Assembly: GCA_949300385.1 (NCBI GenBank)
Contig: CASGDZ010000002.1
Location: 111,758-175,757, forward strand
Direction: 5' to 3'
DNA: 64,000 bases
Source of the DNA: an uncultured Christensenella sp.
GTDB lineage: Bacteria > Bacillota > Clostridia > Christensenellales > UBA1242
The notes under the pieces were generated by a model. That model saw only the letters and a list, made by a program, of their open reading frames with translations, was not told the origin of the DNA and ran no database searches. The position numbers were made by a program, and so were the translations under genes. Shown here in pieces: positions 49,330-59,491 of the stretch (its first letter is position 1; every line of letters begins with the position of its first letter).

Positions 49330-49590
49330 ATGGAAGAAAAGCAAGTAAACCACAAGACAATTCAAGGTGTTGTTGTTTCTGATAAAATGGACAAAACTAT
49401 TACTGTTTTGGTAACCAGCAAGAAAAAACACCCGATTTATAAAAAATATATGACATATACAAAGAAATATAAAGCTCACGATGAAAAGAATGAAGCACAT
49501 GTAGGCGATACAGTAGTTATTATTGAGACTCGTCCACTTAGTAAAGATAAATACTTTAGACTTCTTTCTATCGTTGAAAGGGCTAAGTAG
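49330..49590 (+). CDS. rpsQ: 30S ribosomal protein S17 (uS17)
   Basis: ATG 49330 follows SD AAGGAG, while the ORF-track start 49306 lies inside rpm[19 protein letters not shown]....HP.YKKY. Confidence 0.95.
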   Translation: MEEKQVNHKTIQGVVVSDKMDKTITVLVTSKKKHPIYKKYMTYTKKYKAHDEKNEAHVGDTVVIIETRPLSKDKYFRLLSIVERAK

Positions 49591-49599
49591 GAGGCAGAT

Positions 49600-49968
49600 A
49601 TGATACAACCATTATCATTATTGAATGTCGCTGATAACTCTGGTGCTAAACAAATCATGTGCATCAGATGTATGGGCGGTTCTAAAAGAAAGTTTGCAAA
49701 CATTGGCGATATCATTGTTGCCTCTGTTAAGAAAGCAGACCCAGACGGCAAAGTAAAGAAAGGTGATGTAGTAACAGCAGTTATCGTTCGTACTAAGAAG
49801 GGTACTCAACGCCCAGATGGTACATCAATCAAATTTGACGATAACGCAGCAGTTATTATCGATAAGCAAAAAGCACCTAGAGGTACTCGTGTATTTGGGC
49901 CAATCGCAAGAGAACTTCGTGCTAGAGGATTTATGCAAATCATCTCTTTAGCACCAGAAGTATTATAG
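49600..49968 (+). CDS. rplN: 50S ribosomal protein L14 (uL14)
   Basis: [19 protein letters not shown] and [15 protein letters not shown]. Confidence 0.98.
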   Translation: MIQPLSLLNVADNSGAKQIMCIRCMGGSKRKFANIGDIIVASVKKADPDGKVKKGDVVTAVIVRTKKGTQRPDGTSIKFDDNAAVIIDKQKAPRGTRVFGPIARELRARGFMQIISLAPEVL

Positions 49969-49978
49969 GAGGTCGAAT

Positions 49979-50329
49979 ATGAAGTTAAGCGTAAAGAAAG
50001 GCGACAATGTTTTAGTTATCGCTGGTAAAGATGCTGGCAAAACTGGTGAAATACTTGAAATTAATAAAGAGGCAGGCAAAGTTAAAGTCGCTAATGTAAA
50101 TATTCAATCTCACCACAGAAAGCCAAGAAGTAAGGACGACAAGGGCGGAATCTTAAAGACAGAAGGTGCAATCGATGTATCTAATGTACAAGTTGTATGC
50201 CCTGTTTGTAAAAAAGCCACTAGAGTTGCTCACAGCGTTGTAGACGGAGAAAAAGTTCGTATATGCAAGAAGTGCGGTGCTACTTTAGATGTCGCAAAAA
50301 AGACTGCAAAAAGCAGTAAGAAAGCATAA
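49979..50329 (+). CDS. rplX: 50S ribosomal protein L24 (uL24), variant carrying CxxC...CxxC
   Basis: [24 protein letters not shown] motif. CPVC (50198-50209) and CKKC (50264-50275). Confidence 0.96.
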   Translation: MKLSVKKGDNVLVIAGKDAGKTGEILEINKEAGKVKVANVNIQSHHRKPRSKDDKGGILKTEGAIDVSNVQVVCPVCKKATRVAHSVVDGEKVRICKKCGATLDVAKKTAKSSKKA

Positions 50330-50343
50330 AGGAGTATGACATT

Positions 50344-50898
50344 ATGGAAAAAGAAATAAATAGGCGTCATGCATACTATAACGAAGTGGTTAAAAACGCT
50401 CTTAAAGAGAAGTTCGGTTACAAAAATGTAATGGAAATTCCTAAGATTGAGAAAATCGTTTTAAGCCTTCGTCTAGGTAAGGAAAAAGAAAACGCAAAAA
50501 GTTTCAATACAGCAGTTGAAGAACTTAGTTTAATCGCTGGTCAAAAGGCTGTACCAACTTATGCGAAAAAATCAGTAGCAAATTTCAAACTTCGTCAAGG
50601 TCAAAAAATCGGTGCTAAGGTTACTCTTCGCGGAGAGAAAATGTATGAGTTTTATGATAGACTTATCTCAGTTGCTCTTCCACGAGTTAGAGACTTCCAG
50701 GGTTTAAGCACAAAGTCATTTGATGGCAGAGGTAATTATAGTTTCGGTATTAAAGAACAAATTATCTTCCCTGAAATTATTTACGATAAAATTGATACTG
50801 TTCGCGGTTTTGATATAATCGTAGTTACAAGTGCAAAGACGGACGCTGAAGCATTTGAATTATTAAAATTAATGGGCGTACCATTTAAGAAGAATTAG
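50344..50898 (+). CDS. rplE: 50S ribosomal protein L5 (uL5)
   Basis: [10 protein letters not shown]...[36 protein letters not shown]. Confidence 0.98.
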   Translation: MEKEINRRHAYYNEVVKNALKEKFGYKNVMEIPKIEKIVLSLRLGKEKENAKSFNTAVEELSLIAGQKAVPTYAKKSVANFKLRQGQKIGAKVTLRGEKMYEFYDRLISVALPRVRDFQGLSTKSFDGRGNYSFGIKEQIIFPEIIYDKIDTVRGFDIIVVTSAKTDAEAFELLKLMGVPFKKN

Positions 50899-50907
50899 GA
50901 GTGAATT

Positions 50908-51093
50908 ATGGCAAGAAAAGCAATGGTTAATAAACAGAAAAAAGAGCAAAAATTCACAACTCGTGAGTATACGAGATGTTCTATTTGTGGCCGTCCACAC
51001 GCTGTACTTAAGAAGTATGGAATTTGCAGAATTTGTTTTAGAAATTTAGCACACAAAGGTGAAATACCTGGTGTTAAGAAGTCTAGTTGGTAA
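50908..51093 (+). CDS. rpsN: 30S ribosomal protein S14, type Z (Zn-binding, 61 aa)
   Basis: [39 protein letters not shown]. Confidence 0.97.
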   Translation: MARKAMVNKQKKEQKFTTREYTRCSICGRPHAVLKKYGICRICFRNLAHKGEIPGVKKSSW

Positions 51094-51105
51094 AAGGAGA
51101 AAGTT

Positions 51106-51504
51106 ATGTTAAGTATAGACCCAATCGCAGATATGCTTACTCGTATTCGTAATGCGAATTCAAATAAGCATGAGAGTGTACTTGTTCCAGAATCAAAGAC
51201 AAAACGCGCTATCGCTGACATCTTAAAGAATGAGGGATTCATTACTTCATATACAACAAAAGAAGTTGACGGCGTTAAGATGATGGAAATCGCTCTCAAA
51301 TATGGTCCTAATGGCGAAAAAGTCATTCAAGGTCTTAAAAGAATTAGCAAACCGGGCTTAAGAATTTATGCTAACGTAGAACAACTCCCAAAAGTTCTTA
51401 ACGGCTTAGGTATTGCTATAGTGTCTACTAGCAAAGGCATTATGACAGATAAAAATGCTAGAAAATTAAATGTAGGTGGCGAAGTGCTCGCCTATGTATG
51501 GTAG
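51106..51504 (+). CDS. rpsH: 30S ribosomal protein S8 (uS8)
   Basis: [13 protein letters not shown] and [17 protein letters not shown]...[10 protein letters not shown]. Confidence 0.98.
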   Translation: MLSIDPIADMLTRIRNANSNKHESVLVPESKTKRAIADILKNEGFITSYTTKEVDGVKMMEIALKYGPNGEKVIQGLKRISKPGLRIYANVEQLPKVLNGLGIAIVSTSKGIMTDKNARKLNVGGEVLAYVW

Positions 51505-51515
51505 AGAGGTGTAAT

Positions 51516-52061
51516 ATGTCAAGAATCGGAAAATTACCTATCTCAATCCCCGCTGGAGTTACAGTTGAGGTTAATGGTCATGTTGTTACCGTTAAAGGTC
51601 CAAAAGATACATTAACTCAAGAAGTTTCTTCTAATGTAACAGTAGAAGTTAAAGACAACGAAGTACTTGTTACTCGCAATGATGAAACTACTGACTCTAA
51701 CGCAAAACAAGGTCTTTATAGACAATTAATCCACAATATGGTTACTGGCGTTAAGGACGGATTTAAAAAGTCTTTAACAGTACAAGGTGTTGGTTATAAA
51801 CTTAATAAACAAGGCAACAAGATTGTTATGAACTTAGGTCTTAGCCATCCAGTTGAATTTTATGAAGTTGAAGGAATCAAACTCGATGTTCCAGACAACA
51901 ACACTATCATAGTTAGTGGTGCTAACAAAGAATTAGTTGGTGCAATCGCTGCAAAAATCAAAGCATTGCGTCCAATCGAGCCTTACCATGGCTACGGAAT
52001 TCATTACACTAATGAACCTGTAATTTTAAAACCTGGTAAGTCTGCAGGTAAAAAGAAGTAG
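51516..52061 (+). CDS. rplF: 50S ribosomal protein L6 (uL6)
   Basis: MSRIGKLPI.IPAGV.V. ATG 51516 follows SD GAGAGG, while the ORF-track start 51498 overlaps rpsH. Confidence 0.96.
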   Translation: MSRIGKLPISIPAGVTVEVNGHVVTVKGPKDTLTQEVSSNVTVEVKDNEVLVTRNDETTDSNAKQGLYRQLIHNMVTGVKDGFKKSLTVQGVGYKLNKQGNKIVMNLGLSHPVEFYEVEGIKLDVPDNNTIIVSGANKELVGAIAAKIKALRPIEPYHGYGIHYTNEPVILKPGKSAGKKK

Positions 52062-52072
52062 GAGGTTAAGTT

Positions 52073-52441
52073 ATGATTAACAAGGTAAATAAGAATAGCC
52101 AAAGAGTTAAACGCCATGTTAGATTGCGTCATAACTTATCTGGTACTAGCAAATGCCCTCGTTTGAATGTATATAGAAGTTTATCTAATATATATGCTCA
52201 AATCATTGATGATGAAAAGGGTATCACATTAGTCGCTTGTAATACTACTCAAAAAGAGATTAAAGACAAGATTAAAGATATGACTAATAAAGAGCAAGCA
52301 AGATTTATTGGTGAAGAGATCGCCAAACTTGCTAAAAAGAAGAAAATCAGCGAAGTCGTTTTCGACAGAGGCGGATATTTATATACTGGACGAGTTAAAG
52401 AACTTGCTGACGGCGCTAGAGCCGGTGGCTTGAAATTTTAA
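52073..52441 (+). CDS. rplR: 50S ribosomal protein L18 (uL18)
   Basis: RHVRLR..L.GT...PRL.VYRS..NIYAQIIDD and VFDRGGYLYTGRVKELADGARAGGL.F. Confidence 0.97.
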   Translation: MINKVNKNSQRVKRHVRLRHNLSGTSKCPRLNVYRSLSNIYAQIIDDEKGITLVACNTTQKEIKDKIKDMTNKEQARFIGEEIAKLAKKKKISEVVFDRGGYLYTGRVKELADGARAGGLKF

Positions 52442-52450
52442 GGAGAGATT

Positions 52451-52969
52451 ATGGCACAACAAAAGCGTGAATTTAGAAAACCAAGAATGGAAGAAAAAGA
52501 CGAATTTGACAAGAAGATGCTTGCTGTCCGCCGTGTAACAAAAGTTGTTAAGGGTGGCCGTACAATGCGTTTCTCTGCCTTAGTCGTTGTTGGTGATAAG
52601 AAAGGTAGAGTTGGTATGGGTATCGCTAAGGCTAGCGAAGTTCCTACTGCTATCGATAAGGCTACAAAAGCTGCTAAAAAATCTCTTATTACTGTTCCAG
52701 TTATAGACGGCACTATTCCACATGAAGTTATAGGTAAATTTGCTAAAACTAGCGTAAAAATGCTTCCTTCTAAGAAAGGTAGCGGACTTATAGCAGGTGG
52801 TGCTGCGCGTACAGTATTTGAAATGGCAGGTTATACTGATATTACTGCAAAAATTTATGGTTCAACAGACAAAATCAATGTTGTTAGAGCAACTCTTAAT
52901 GGTTTGAAGACTTTGAGAACAAAAGAGCAAGTTGCTATGCTTCGTGGTAAATCTGTTGAAGAGATTTAG
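52451..52969 (+). CDS. rpsE: 30S ribosomal protein S5 (uS5)
   Basis: VRRVTKVVKGGR..RFSALVVVGD..GRVG.G.AKA.EVP.AI.KA. Confidence 0.98.
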   Translation: MAQQKREFRKPRMEEKDEFDKKMLAVRRVTKVVKGGRTMRFSALVVVGDKKGRVGMGIAKASEVPTAIDKATKAAKKSLITVPVIDGTIPHEVIGKFAKTSVKMLPSKKGSGLIAGGAARTVFEMAGYTDITAKIYGSTDKINVVRATLNGLKTLRTKEQVAMLRGKSVEEI

Positions 52970-52977
52970 GAGGACTT

Positions 52978-53175
52978 ATGGCTAAGAAACAATCTAAAAC
53001 TATTAAAGTGACTTATGTTAAGAGTGCTATCGGTTTTGACAAGCGCCAAGGAAAAATAGTTGAAGCCCTTGGGTTTAAGAAACTTGGTCAAACTCGTGTC
53101 CTTCCAGACAATGAATGTATAAGAGGTAGCATCTTCAAAGTAAAGCACTTGTTAAAAGTGGAAGAAGAGGCGTAA
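52978..53175 (+). CDS. rpmD: 50S ribosomal protein L30 (uL30)
   Basis: [11 protein letters not shown]......[30 protein letters not shown]. Confidence 0.95.
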   Translation: MAKKQSKTIKVTYVKSAIGFDKRQGKIVEALGFKKLGQTRVLPDNECIRGSIFKVKHLLKVEEEA

Positions 53176-53185
53176 AGGAGAAATT

Positions 53186-53632
53186 ATGTATATACACGAT
53201 TTAAGAAATGCAGAAGGTGCTAAACAGTCTAAGAAAAGATTAGGTCGCGGTATCGGTAGCGGTATCGGTAAGACTTCTGGTAAAGGTCATAAAGGTCAAA
53301 ACGCTCGTTCGGGCGGTGGCGTTCGTCCAGGATTCGAAGGCGGACAAAATCCTTTATATCGTAGACTACCTTCTAAGGGATTTAGCAATGCTAAATTTAA
53401 GAAAGTATATTCAGTTGTTAATGTGTCAAGCCTTAATGTGTTCGAACCAAACACTGAAGTTGACGCAATAAAACTTCTTGAATCAGGAATCCTTTCAAAA
53501 GTTGAAAAGGACGGTATCAAGATTTTAGGTAATGGTGAATTAAAGGTTGCATTAAAAGTTGTTGCTAACAAGTTCACTAACTCAGCAAAAGAAAAGATTA
53601 TGGCACAAGGTGGCAGTGTAGAGGAGGTATAA
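53186..53632 (+). CDS. rplO: 50S ribosomal protein L15 (uL15)
   Basis: [43 protein letters not shown]-type motif. Confidence 0.98.
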   Translation: MYIHDLRNAEGAKQSKKRLGRGIGSGIGKTSGKGHKGQNARSGGGVRPGFEGGQNPLYRRLPSKGFSNAKFKKVYSVVNVSSLNVFEPNTEVDAIKLLESGILSKVEKDGIKILGNGELKVALKVVANKFTNSAKEKIMAQGGSVEEV

Positions 53633-54942
53633 TGTTTAAGACATTAGCTGACGCTTTTAAGATTAAAGAGGTTAGGAATAAGTTACTTTTAACTTTACTT
53701 CTACTCTTTATCTATCGCCTTGGTTGCTGGCTACCTATCCCGGGTATCGATGCTGAGGCACTTGGAGTAAGCGTTGAAGGAAATACCTTTTTAAGCTTAC
53801 TTAGTTCAGTGAGTGGTGGTGCGCTTAGTCAAGGGTCATTTCTTGCATTAGGTGTTTCGCCATATATCACATCATCAATTATAGTTCAACTTCTTGCTAT
53901 GGTTATACCTAGTTGGCAAAGACTTGCCAAAGAAGGTGGAGCGGACGGCAGGAAGAAGATTAGTCAATATACAAAAGTAACAGCATTAATTATTGCGCTT
54001 GCACAGGCAATCGGTATAGCTGTTGGTTTCGGCACTGCAGATAGCGTTAACTTAAATGTTTTCGGCGGTAGCGAAGTCGTATGCTATATGTTCATTGTGC
54101 TTATGCTTGTCGCTGGTGCTATGTTTACCGTTTGGCTAGGTGAAAAAATCACTGAAATAGGTATCGGCAATGGTATGTCTTTACTTATTTTCGTAGGTAT
54201 TTTGTCTAGTGCAGCTAGCGCTATCATGGGTAATTTCAGCGATTTGGCAGTTGGCGGAGAAACTACTCAAAGAGCAGTATGGCAATTAGTTTTGTTCGTA
54301 GTAGCCCTTATCGCAATATTTGCCCTTGTCGTATTTGTAGACGGCGGGGAAAGAAAAGTTGGAGTTCAATACGCTAAACAAATGAAGGGTAGAAAGATGT
54401 ATGGTGGACAATCAACCTATATCCCTATTCGCGTAAATGCAAATGGGGTTATGCCTATCATTTTAGCGAGTGCAGTATTGACTTTCCCACAATTAATAAT
54501 GAGCATTTTCTGGCCTAATTCTACTAATGGATTTATAACATGGTGGAACACATATTTAGGTGCAGGTTCATGGGCTTATGCTGTATTAATGGCATTATTA
54601 ATTTTAGCGTTCGCATACTTCTGGACTATGGTTCAGTTTGATACAGAAGAAATTAGTAGAAGTATACAACAAAATGGTGGATTTATACCAGGTATTAGAC
54701 CGGGTAAACCTACTGCTCAATATTTGAGCGGAATAAATAAGAAAATTACATTATTTGGTGCTATCTTCTTAGCTTTCATGGCACTCATCCCTACATTATT
54801 ATTCACAGCAATAGGTACGGGTGGCTTGAATAGTGCTTTCAGTGCTACAGGTATGTTAATCGTTGTATCAGTTGCACTTGAATTCGATAAGCAGTTAGAA
54901 GCTCAAATGATGATGAGAAATTATCGCGGATTTTTAAAATAG
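53632..54942 (+). CDS. secY: Preprotein translocase subunit SecY
   Basis: Multi-TM protein. LGVSPYITSSIIVQLL and GIGNGMSLLIF. TAATG overlap with rplO. Confidence 0.97.
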   Translation: MFKTLADAFKIKEVRNKLLLTLLLLFIYRLGCWLPIPGIDAEALGVSVEGNTFLSLLSSVSGGALSQGSFLALGVSPYITSSIIVQLLAMVIPSWQRLAKEGGADGRKKISQYTKVTALIIALAQAIGIAVGFGTADSVNLNVFGGSEVVCYMFIVLMLVAGAMFTVWLGEKITEIGIGNGMSLLIFVGILSSAASAIMGNFSDLAVGGETTQRAVWQLVLFVVALIAIFALVVFVDGGERKVGVQYAKQMKGRKMYGGQSTYIPIRVNANGVMPIILASAVLTFPQLIMSIFWPNSTNGFITWWNTYLGAGSWAYAVLMALLILAFAYFWTMVQFDTEEISRSIQQNGGFIPGIRPGKPTAQYLSGINKKITLFGAIFLAFMALIPTLLFTAIGTGGLNSAFSATGMLIVVSVALEFDKQLEAQMMMRNYRGFLK

Positions 54943-54950
54943 GAGACGCA

Positions 54951-55565
54951 ATGAATATCGTTCTTTTAGGAATACAAGGTTCAGGTAAAGGTACGCTTGT
55001 ATCAAATTTAGAAGGTAAATTAGATTTTACATTAATTTCGGTTGGACAACTTCTTAGAGAAGAAGTCGCAAGCGGTTCTAAGTTAGGTGAAAAAATTCAC
55101 AACGCACAGACAAAAGGACTTTTAGTCGACTTTGATATCGTTATGGATATTCTTTCAAAACGCTTAAATTCAAATGTAAAAGACAACATTATCTTCGATG
55201 GATTTCCTAGAAATTTAGAGCAAGCGATTGCCTTTGATAAAATTGTAGATTTAGACTATGTAATTTATTTAAATCTATCAAAAGATATCGCACAAGAGCG
55301 TTTAGTTAATAGACTTACATGTTCAAAATGTGGATATATAACTAGAAAGAGCGATGTTAATAGCAATATATGTCCAAAATGCGGTGGAGAACTTACAACG
55401 CGTGCGGACGACACTCCAGACGGGATAAAAAAGCGAATTGAAGTCTATGAAAAAGAGACTAATCCGTTGATATATCTATATCGTTCGCGCGGTAAACTAG
55501 TCGAAATCGACGCTAGTAAAACACCAAACGAAATTTTAAACGATGTTTTAAAGGTGATAGGATGA
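54951..55565 (+). CDS. adk: Adenylate kinase (Cys4 lid form)
   Basis: P-loop GIQGSGKGT, FDGFPRN, and lid CSKCGY...CPKCGG. Confidence 0.95.
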   Translation: MNIVLLGIQGSGKGTLVSNLEGKLDFTLISVGQLLREEVASGSKLGEKIHNAQTKGLLVDFDIVMDILSKRLNSNVKDNIIFDGFPRNLEQAIAFDKIVDLDYVIYLNLSKDIAQERLVNRLTCSKCGYITRKSDVNSNICPKCGGELTTRADDTPDGIKKRIEVYEKETNPLIYLYRSRGKLVEIDASKTPNEILNDVLKVIG

Positions 55566-56308
55566 ATATTACTATTAAAAACAACGAAGAGATAGAGAAA
55601 ATGCGTATTGCTGGCAAGATTTTAAAGCAGACGCTAGACTTAATCGAGTCCTCTATTTATCCAGGCCAAACCACTTTGCGCCTTAATGATTTGGCTTATC
55701 AATATATTATTTCCCAAGGCGCACAACCTTCCTTTTTAAACTATGAGGGCTTTCCATACACTATCTGTGCTAGTTTAAATGATCAGGTAGTGCACGGATT
55801 TTGCACCGATGTACCTTTAAAAGATGGCGACATAATTAGTATAGATTGTGGCGTCATCTATCAAGGATATCATAGCGACGCGGCAAGGACTTTCCCTGTG
55901 GGAACTATCTCACGAGAGAAACAAGAGTTAATTGAGGCTACTAAACAGTCATTCTTCGAAGGTATAAAAGATATAAAGGCTGGATCTAGATTAGGTCATA
56001 TCAGTCATAAGATTCAAATGTACCTTGAAGGACATGGCTATGGCGTAGTACGCGAATTAACAGGACATGGAATTGGAACGCATTTGCATGAAGATCCGTA
56101 TGTCCCTAATTATGGCAAATACAATTCAGGTATTGTACTTTGCGAAGGTATGACCTTAGCAATCGAACCGATGTCTACTTTGGGCAAGCGCGATGTATTC
56201 TTAGAAGACAATGATTGGACGGTTACCACATGGGATGGTAAGCCTAGCGCCCATTATGAGAATACTGTTCTTATAACAAAAGATGGAGTAGAAATTCTAA
56301 CCTTGTAG
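55562..56308 (+). CDS. map: Methionine aminopeptidase, type I
   Basis: VVHGF, DCGVIYQGYHSDAARTF, GHGIGTHLHE, LAIEPM and AHYENTV. ATGA overlap with adk. Confidence 0.96.
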   Translation: MNITIKNNEEIEKMRIAGKILKQTLDLIESSIYPGQTTLRLNDLAYQYIISQGAQPSFLNYEGFPYTICASLNDQVVHGFCTDVPLKDGDIISIDCGVIYQGYHSDAARTFPVGTISREKQELIEATKQSFFEGIKDIKAGSRLGHISHKIQMYLEGHGYGVVRELTGHGIGTHLHEDPYVPNYGKYNSGIVLCEGMTLAIEPMSTLGKRDVFLEDNDWTVTTWDGKPSAHYENTVLITKDGVEILTL

Positions 56309-56315
56309 GAGTTTT

Positions 56316-56591
56316 ATGAATAGTGAATTCATAGCAGGAGATATAGTTAAATCACTTAAAGGACACGATAAAAATAAGGTTTTTATTGTACTATCTATTG
56401 ACAAAAACGGATATATCGCTATAATAGATGGTAGGACTAGAATTCGTGATAAAATTAAGATGAAAAATCCTAAGCATTTAATAAAAATTGCTCACGATGA
56501 AGAAATTTTAAAAAAAGCAAATTCAACTATATGTACCGAGCGAGAAATCTACAATGCGATTAAGAAATATCAGTCTAGTGTAAAGGAGTAA
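56316..56591 (+). CDS. Small KOW-domain RNA-binding protein (the conserved map-infA interposed gene of Clostridia-type spc operons)
   Basis: [40 protein letters not shown] upstream. Position between map and infA. Confidence 0.8.
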   Translation: MNSEFIAGDIVKSLKGHDKNKVFIVLSIDKNGYIAIIDGRTRIRDKIKMKNPKHLIKIAHDEEILKKANSTICTEREIYNAIKKYQSSVKE

Positions 56592-56593
56592 AA

Positions 56594-56827
56594 ATGTCGA
56601 AAGAAGATGTTATCGATGCTGAAGGCGAAGTTGTTGAAGTCTTAGGCAATTCTAACTTTAAAGTTAAGATAATGAACGACCACATCATAATTGCCTATAT
56701 CTCTGGAAAATTGCGCGCTAATAAAATTAGAGTGCTAATAGGAGATAAGGTAAAGGTAGAGATGAGTCCATACGACTTAACTAAGGGCAGAATCGTTTGG
56801 CGTGATAAAAACAATTCTTATAAATAA
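56594..56827 (+). CDS. infA: Translation initiation factor IF-1
   Basis: [16 protein letters not shown]....[36 protein letters not shown]. Confidence 0.97.
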   Translation: MSKEDVIDAEGEVVEVLGNSNFKVKIMNDHIIIAYISGKLRANKIRVLIGDKVKVEMSPYDLTKGRIVWRDKNNSYK

Positions 56828-56855
56828 TATCAGTTTATAACAAAAAGGAGAAATT

Positions 56856-56972
56856 ATGAAAGTACGACCATCTGTTAAACCTATGTGCGAAAAGTGTAAA
56901 GTCATTAAGCGTAACGGCAGAGTTATGGTTATTTGCTCTAAGAACCCTAAGCACAAACAGCGCCAAGGTTAA
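56856..56972 (+). CDS. rpmJ: 50S ribosomal protein L36 (bL36), Zn-binding form; absent from the ORF track (38 aa)
   Basis: Hand translation gives [46 protein letters not shown] 7 nt upstream. Confidence 0.95.
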   Translation: MKVRPSVKPMCEKCKVIKRNGRVMVICSKNPKHKQRQG

Positions 56973-57108
56973 CCGTTTTTACGGCAAAGGTATGCTCGAA
57001 TAGAACATGACTTTGAATTACGAGTTATTCTCGATAAAAATAAGCACAATGCTTCGCGGCAATTTGGCATTGTGAGAAGATAATATACAATTTAAGTGGA
57101 GGAAAGAT
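56973..57108 (+). promoter_or_regulatory. 136-nt structured rpmJ-rpsM spacer (candidate alpha-operon / S4-type leader)
   Basis: Perfect 8-bp stem CACAATGC (57045-52) / GCATTGTG (57067-74) about 35 nt upstream of the rpsM ATG. Also the small hairpin CCGT-tttt-ACGG at 56973-84. Confidence 0.4.
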
Positions 57109-57477
57109 ATGGCACGTATATCAGGCGTGGATTTACCTAATGAAAAGAGAGTTGAAATTGGCTTAACCTATATCTATGGTATAGGCAGAGCAAGTGCAAA
57201 TAAAATTTTGCAAGCCACAGGCATCAATCCTGACACACGAGTTAAAGATTTAAGCGAGAGCGACATTGCTTCTATTCGTAAATATATAGAGGCTAATTTT
57301 GTTGTGGAAGGTGAGAAGCGTAAAGATGTTTCTCTAGACATTAAGAGATTAAAAGAAATTAGATGCTATCGTGGTCTTAGACATATCGCTAACTTACCAG
57401 TTCGTGGTCAGTCTAGCAAACAAAATGCGCGTACACGCAAAGGTCCAAAGAAGACCATAGCAAACAAGAAGAAGTAA
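57109..57477 (+). CDS. rpsM: 30S ribosomal protein S13 (uS13)
   Basis: [25 protein letters not shown] and YRG.RH...[16 protein letters not shown]. Confidence 0.98.
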   Translation: MARISGVDLPNEKRVEIGLTYIYGIGRASANKILQATGINPDTRVKDLSESDIASIRKYIEANFVVEGEKRKDVSLDIKRLKEIRCYRGLRHIANLPVRGQSSKQNARTRKGPKKTIANKKK

Positions 57478-57489
57478 TAAGGAGTAAAT

Positions 57490-57879
57490 ATGGCTACTAA
57501 ACAAGAAACAAAAAAGAAGAAAATATTAGTTAGCAATGGTGAGGGTGCTGTACACATCTTCGCAAATTCTAACAATACCATCGTATCTTTAACTGATAGT
57601 CAAGGTAACCTTTTGGTTCAATGTAGTGCTGGTGCTTTGGGCAACAAAGGTGCTAAGAAAACTACACCTTTCGCAGCACAATCAGCTGTTGAAACAGCCT
57701 TAAAGAATATTGCAAATTACGGTATCACTAAGGTTGCTATCTATGTTAAGGGTGCAGGTAATGCGCGTGAGGCAGCAATCCGTGCAGTTGGTTCGGCTGG
57801 CGTTCAAGTTACTATGATTAAAGATGTTTCGCCTATCCCACACAACGGTTGTCGTCCACCTAAGAAGAGAAGATTATAG
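57490..57879 (+). CDS. rpsK: 30S ribosomal protein S11 (uS11)
   Basis: G.VHIFA..NNTIVSLTD..GN and IKDVSPIPHNGCRPPKKRR. Confidence 0.98.
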   Translation: MATKQETKKKKILVSNGEGAVHIFANSNNTIVSLTDSQGNLLVQCSAGALGNKGAKKTTPFAAQSAVETALKNIANYGITKVAIYVKGAGNAREAAIRAVGSAGVQVTMIKDVSPIPHNGCRPPKKRRL

Positions 57880-57887
57880 GAGGAAAT

Positions 57888-58505
57888 ATGGCTAAAAATA
57901 CTAATCCAGATTGTAAGCAATGCCGTAGGGAAGGTTGCAAACTTTTCTTAAAAGGCGAAAGATGCCTTACAAAATGCTCATTCGATAAACGCCCAGCAAT
58001 ACCTGGACAACATGGCGCAGGAAGAAAGAAAGTTTCTGAATATGGCGTTCAATTGCGTGAGAAGAATAAAGTTCGTAGAGCATACGGCTTATTAGAAAAA
58101 CAATTTAGAATTTACTATGAGAAGGCTACTCGTAGCAAAGAAGCTACTGGTTGGGCTCTTCTTAAAATGCTTGAATTAAGACTTGACAATGTGGTTTATC
58201 GCTTAGGTTTAGGTTCATCTAGATCAGAAGCTAGACAAATTGTTAACCATGGTCACATTACTGTTAATGGCAAGAAAGTTAATATCCCTTCTTATCAAGT
58301 TAAAGTTGGAGATGTAATAGCTGTTAAAGATAGCAAGCAATCACTTGATATGTTCGCTAGTCTTAAAGGTGCTAAAGTTAATACACCTAAATGGCTTGAG
58401 TTCTCTTCTGACAGCTTGACAGGTAAAGTTTTAGCACTTCCTGAAAGAGATGATATTGATTTAGGAATTCAAGAGCACTTAATAGTCGAATTTTATTCAA
58501 GATAA
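57888..58505 (+). CDS. rpsD: 30S ribosomal protein S4 (uS4), Cys-rich N-terminal (Zn-finger) form
   Basis: CKQCRREGCKLFLKGERCLTKC, YG.QLREK.KVRR.YG, and LDNVVYRLG...SR.EARQ.V.HGHI.VNG. Confidence 0.97.
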   Translation: MAKNTNPDCKQCRREGCKLFLKGERCLTKCSFDKRPAIPGQHGAGRKKVSEYGVQLREKNKVRRAYGLLEKQFRIYYEKATRSKEATGWALLKMLELRLDNVVYRLGLGSSRSEARQIVNHGHITVNGKKVNIPSYQVKVGDVIAVKDSKQSLDMFASLKGAKVNTPKWLEFSSDSLTGKVLALPERDDIDLGIQEHLIVEFYSR

Positions 58506-58520
58506 TAGGAGAAATTAATT

Positions 58521-59477
58521 ATGATGGAAATCGAAAAACCAAAAATACTTTTGGAAGAATCTGAAAATGGCGCGAAAGCGATTATAACAGTCGAGCCTCT
58601 TGAGAAAGGATTTGGCATTACTATTGGTAACATGTTGCGTCGTACACTTTTAAGTTCACTGCCTGGTGCAGCCATTGTTGGTGTAAAAATCAAGAATGTA
58701 CTACACGAGTTTTCAACTATCAAAGGTGTAAGCGAAGATGTGCCTGATATAATCCTTAATTTAAAGCAAGTCGCTGTTAAAACGGACAATACTGATGTAG
58801 ACTTTAAGGGTAAGATGACTCTAAAAGTAAAAGGTCCTGCTACCGTTTATGCTAAGGATATAGAGTGCGAGGACGGAATATCTGTTATCAATCCAGATTT
58901 GTATATCTGTACTATTGACGACGATGCCGACCTTGATATGACACTATATGTTGGTCGCGGCAGAGGTTATGTGCCTGCTAGTCAGAACAAAGATTATTCT
59001 GATGAAGTAGACTATATTGCAATCGATTCATTATTTACTCCTGTAAAACGCGTTAATTTTGAAGTTCAATCTAGCCGTGTTGGTCGAAATCTAGACTTTG
59101 ACAAATTGGTTTTGGATGTTCAAACTCGCGGAACTGTTAGCGCTAAAGAAGTTGTCGCTTTGTCTGCTAAACTTATCAACGATTATGCTACAATGTTTGT
59201 AGAACTTGTTGAAGGTATGGACGGCGTAAACATCCTTGTTGCTAGAAAAGAAGATGAAAGAACTAAATTATATGAAAAACCTATCGAGGAGATGGAACTT
59301 AGCGTTCGTAGTTATAACTGCTTGAAGCGTGCTGGTATCGAAACAATTGGCGACCTTGCTAAAAAGAGCCGTGCCGATATGATGAAAGTGCGCAACATGG
59401 GTGCAAAATCTATGGAAGAAGTTATTGCAAAGCTTGAAGCTCTTGGAATCGTCCTTGAAGGTAATGATAATTATTAA
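58521..59477 (+). CDS. rpoA: DNA-directed RNA polymerase subunit alpha
   Basis: [16 protein letters not shown] and C-terminal domain [21 protein letters not shown]......M.KVRN.G.KS..E. Confidence 0.98.
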   Translation: MMEIEKPKILLEESENGAKAIITVEPLEKGFGITIGNMLRRTLLSSLPGAAIVGVKIKNVLHEFSTIKGVSEDVPDIILNLKQVAVKTDNTDVDFKGKMTLKVKGPATVYAKDIECEDGISVINPDLYICTIDDDADLDMTLYVGRGRGYVPASQNKDYSDEVDYIAIDSLFTPVKRVNFEVQSSRVGRNLDFDKLVLDVQTRGTVSAKEVVALSAKLINDYATMFVELVEGMDGVNILVARKEDERTKLYEKPIEEMELSVRSYNCLKRAGIETIGDLAKKSRADMMKVRNMGAKSMEEVIAKLEALGIVLEGNDNY

Positions 59478-59491
59478 AGGAGAAAAGGGAC

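Noticed and set aside
44838-53577. Numerous 60-143-aa ORFs antisense to or out of frame within the ribosomal cluster (e.g. 44838-45068, 45658-45924, 49288-49608, 49476-49751, 50895-51326, 52438-52713, 53296-53577, 58493-58789)
   Set aside because: Every one overlaps a ribosomal-protein gene identified by strong sequence signatures. They are typical shadow ORFs.
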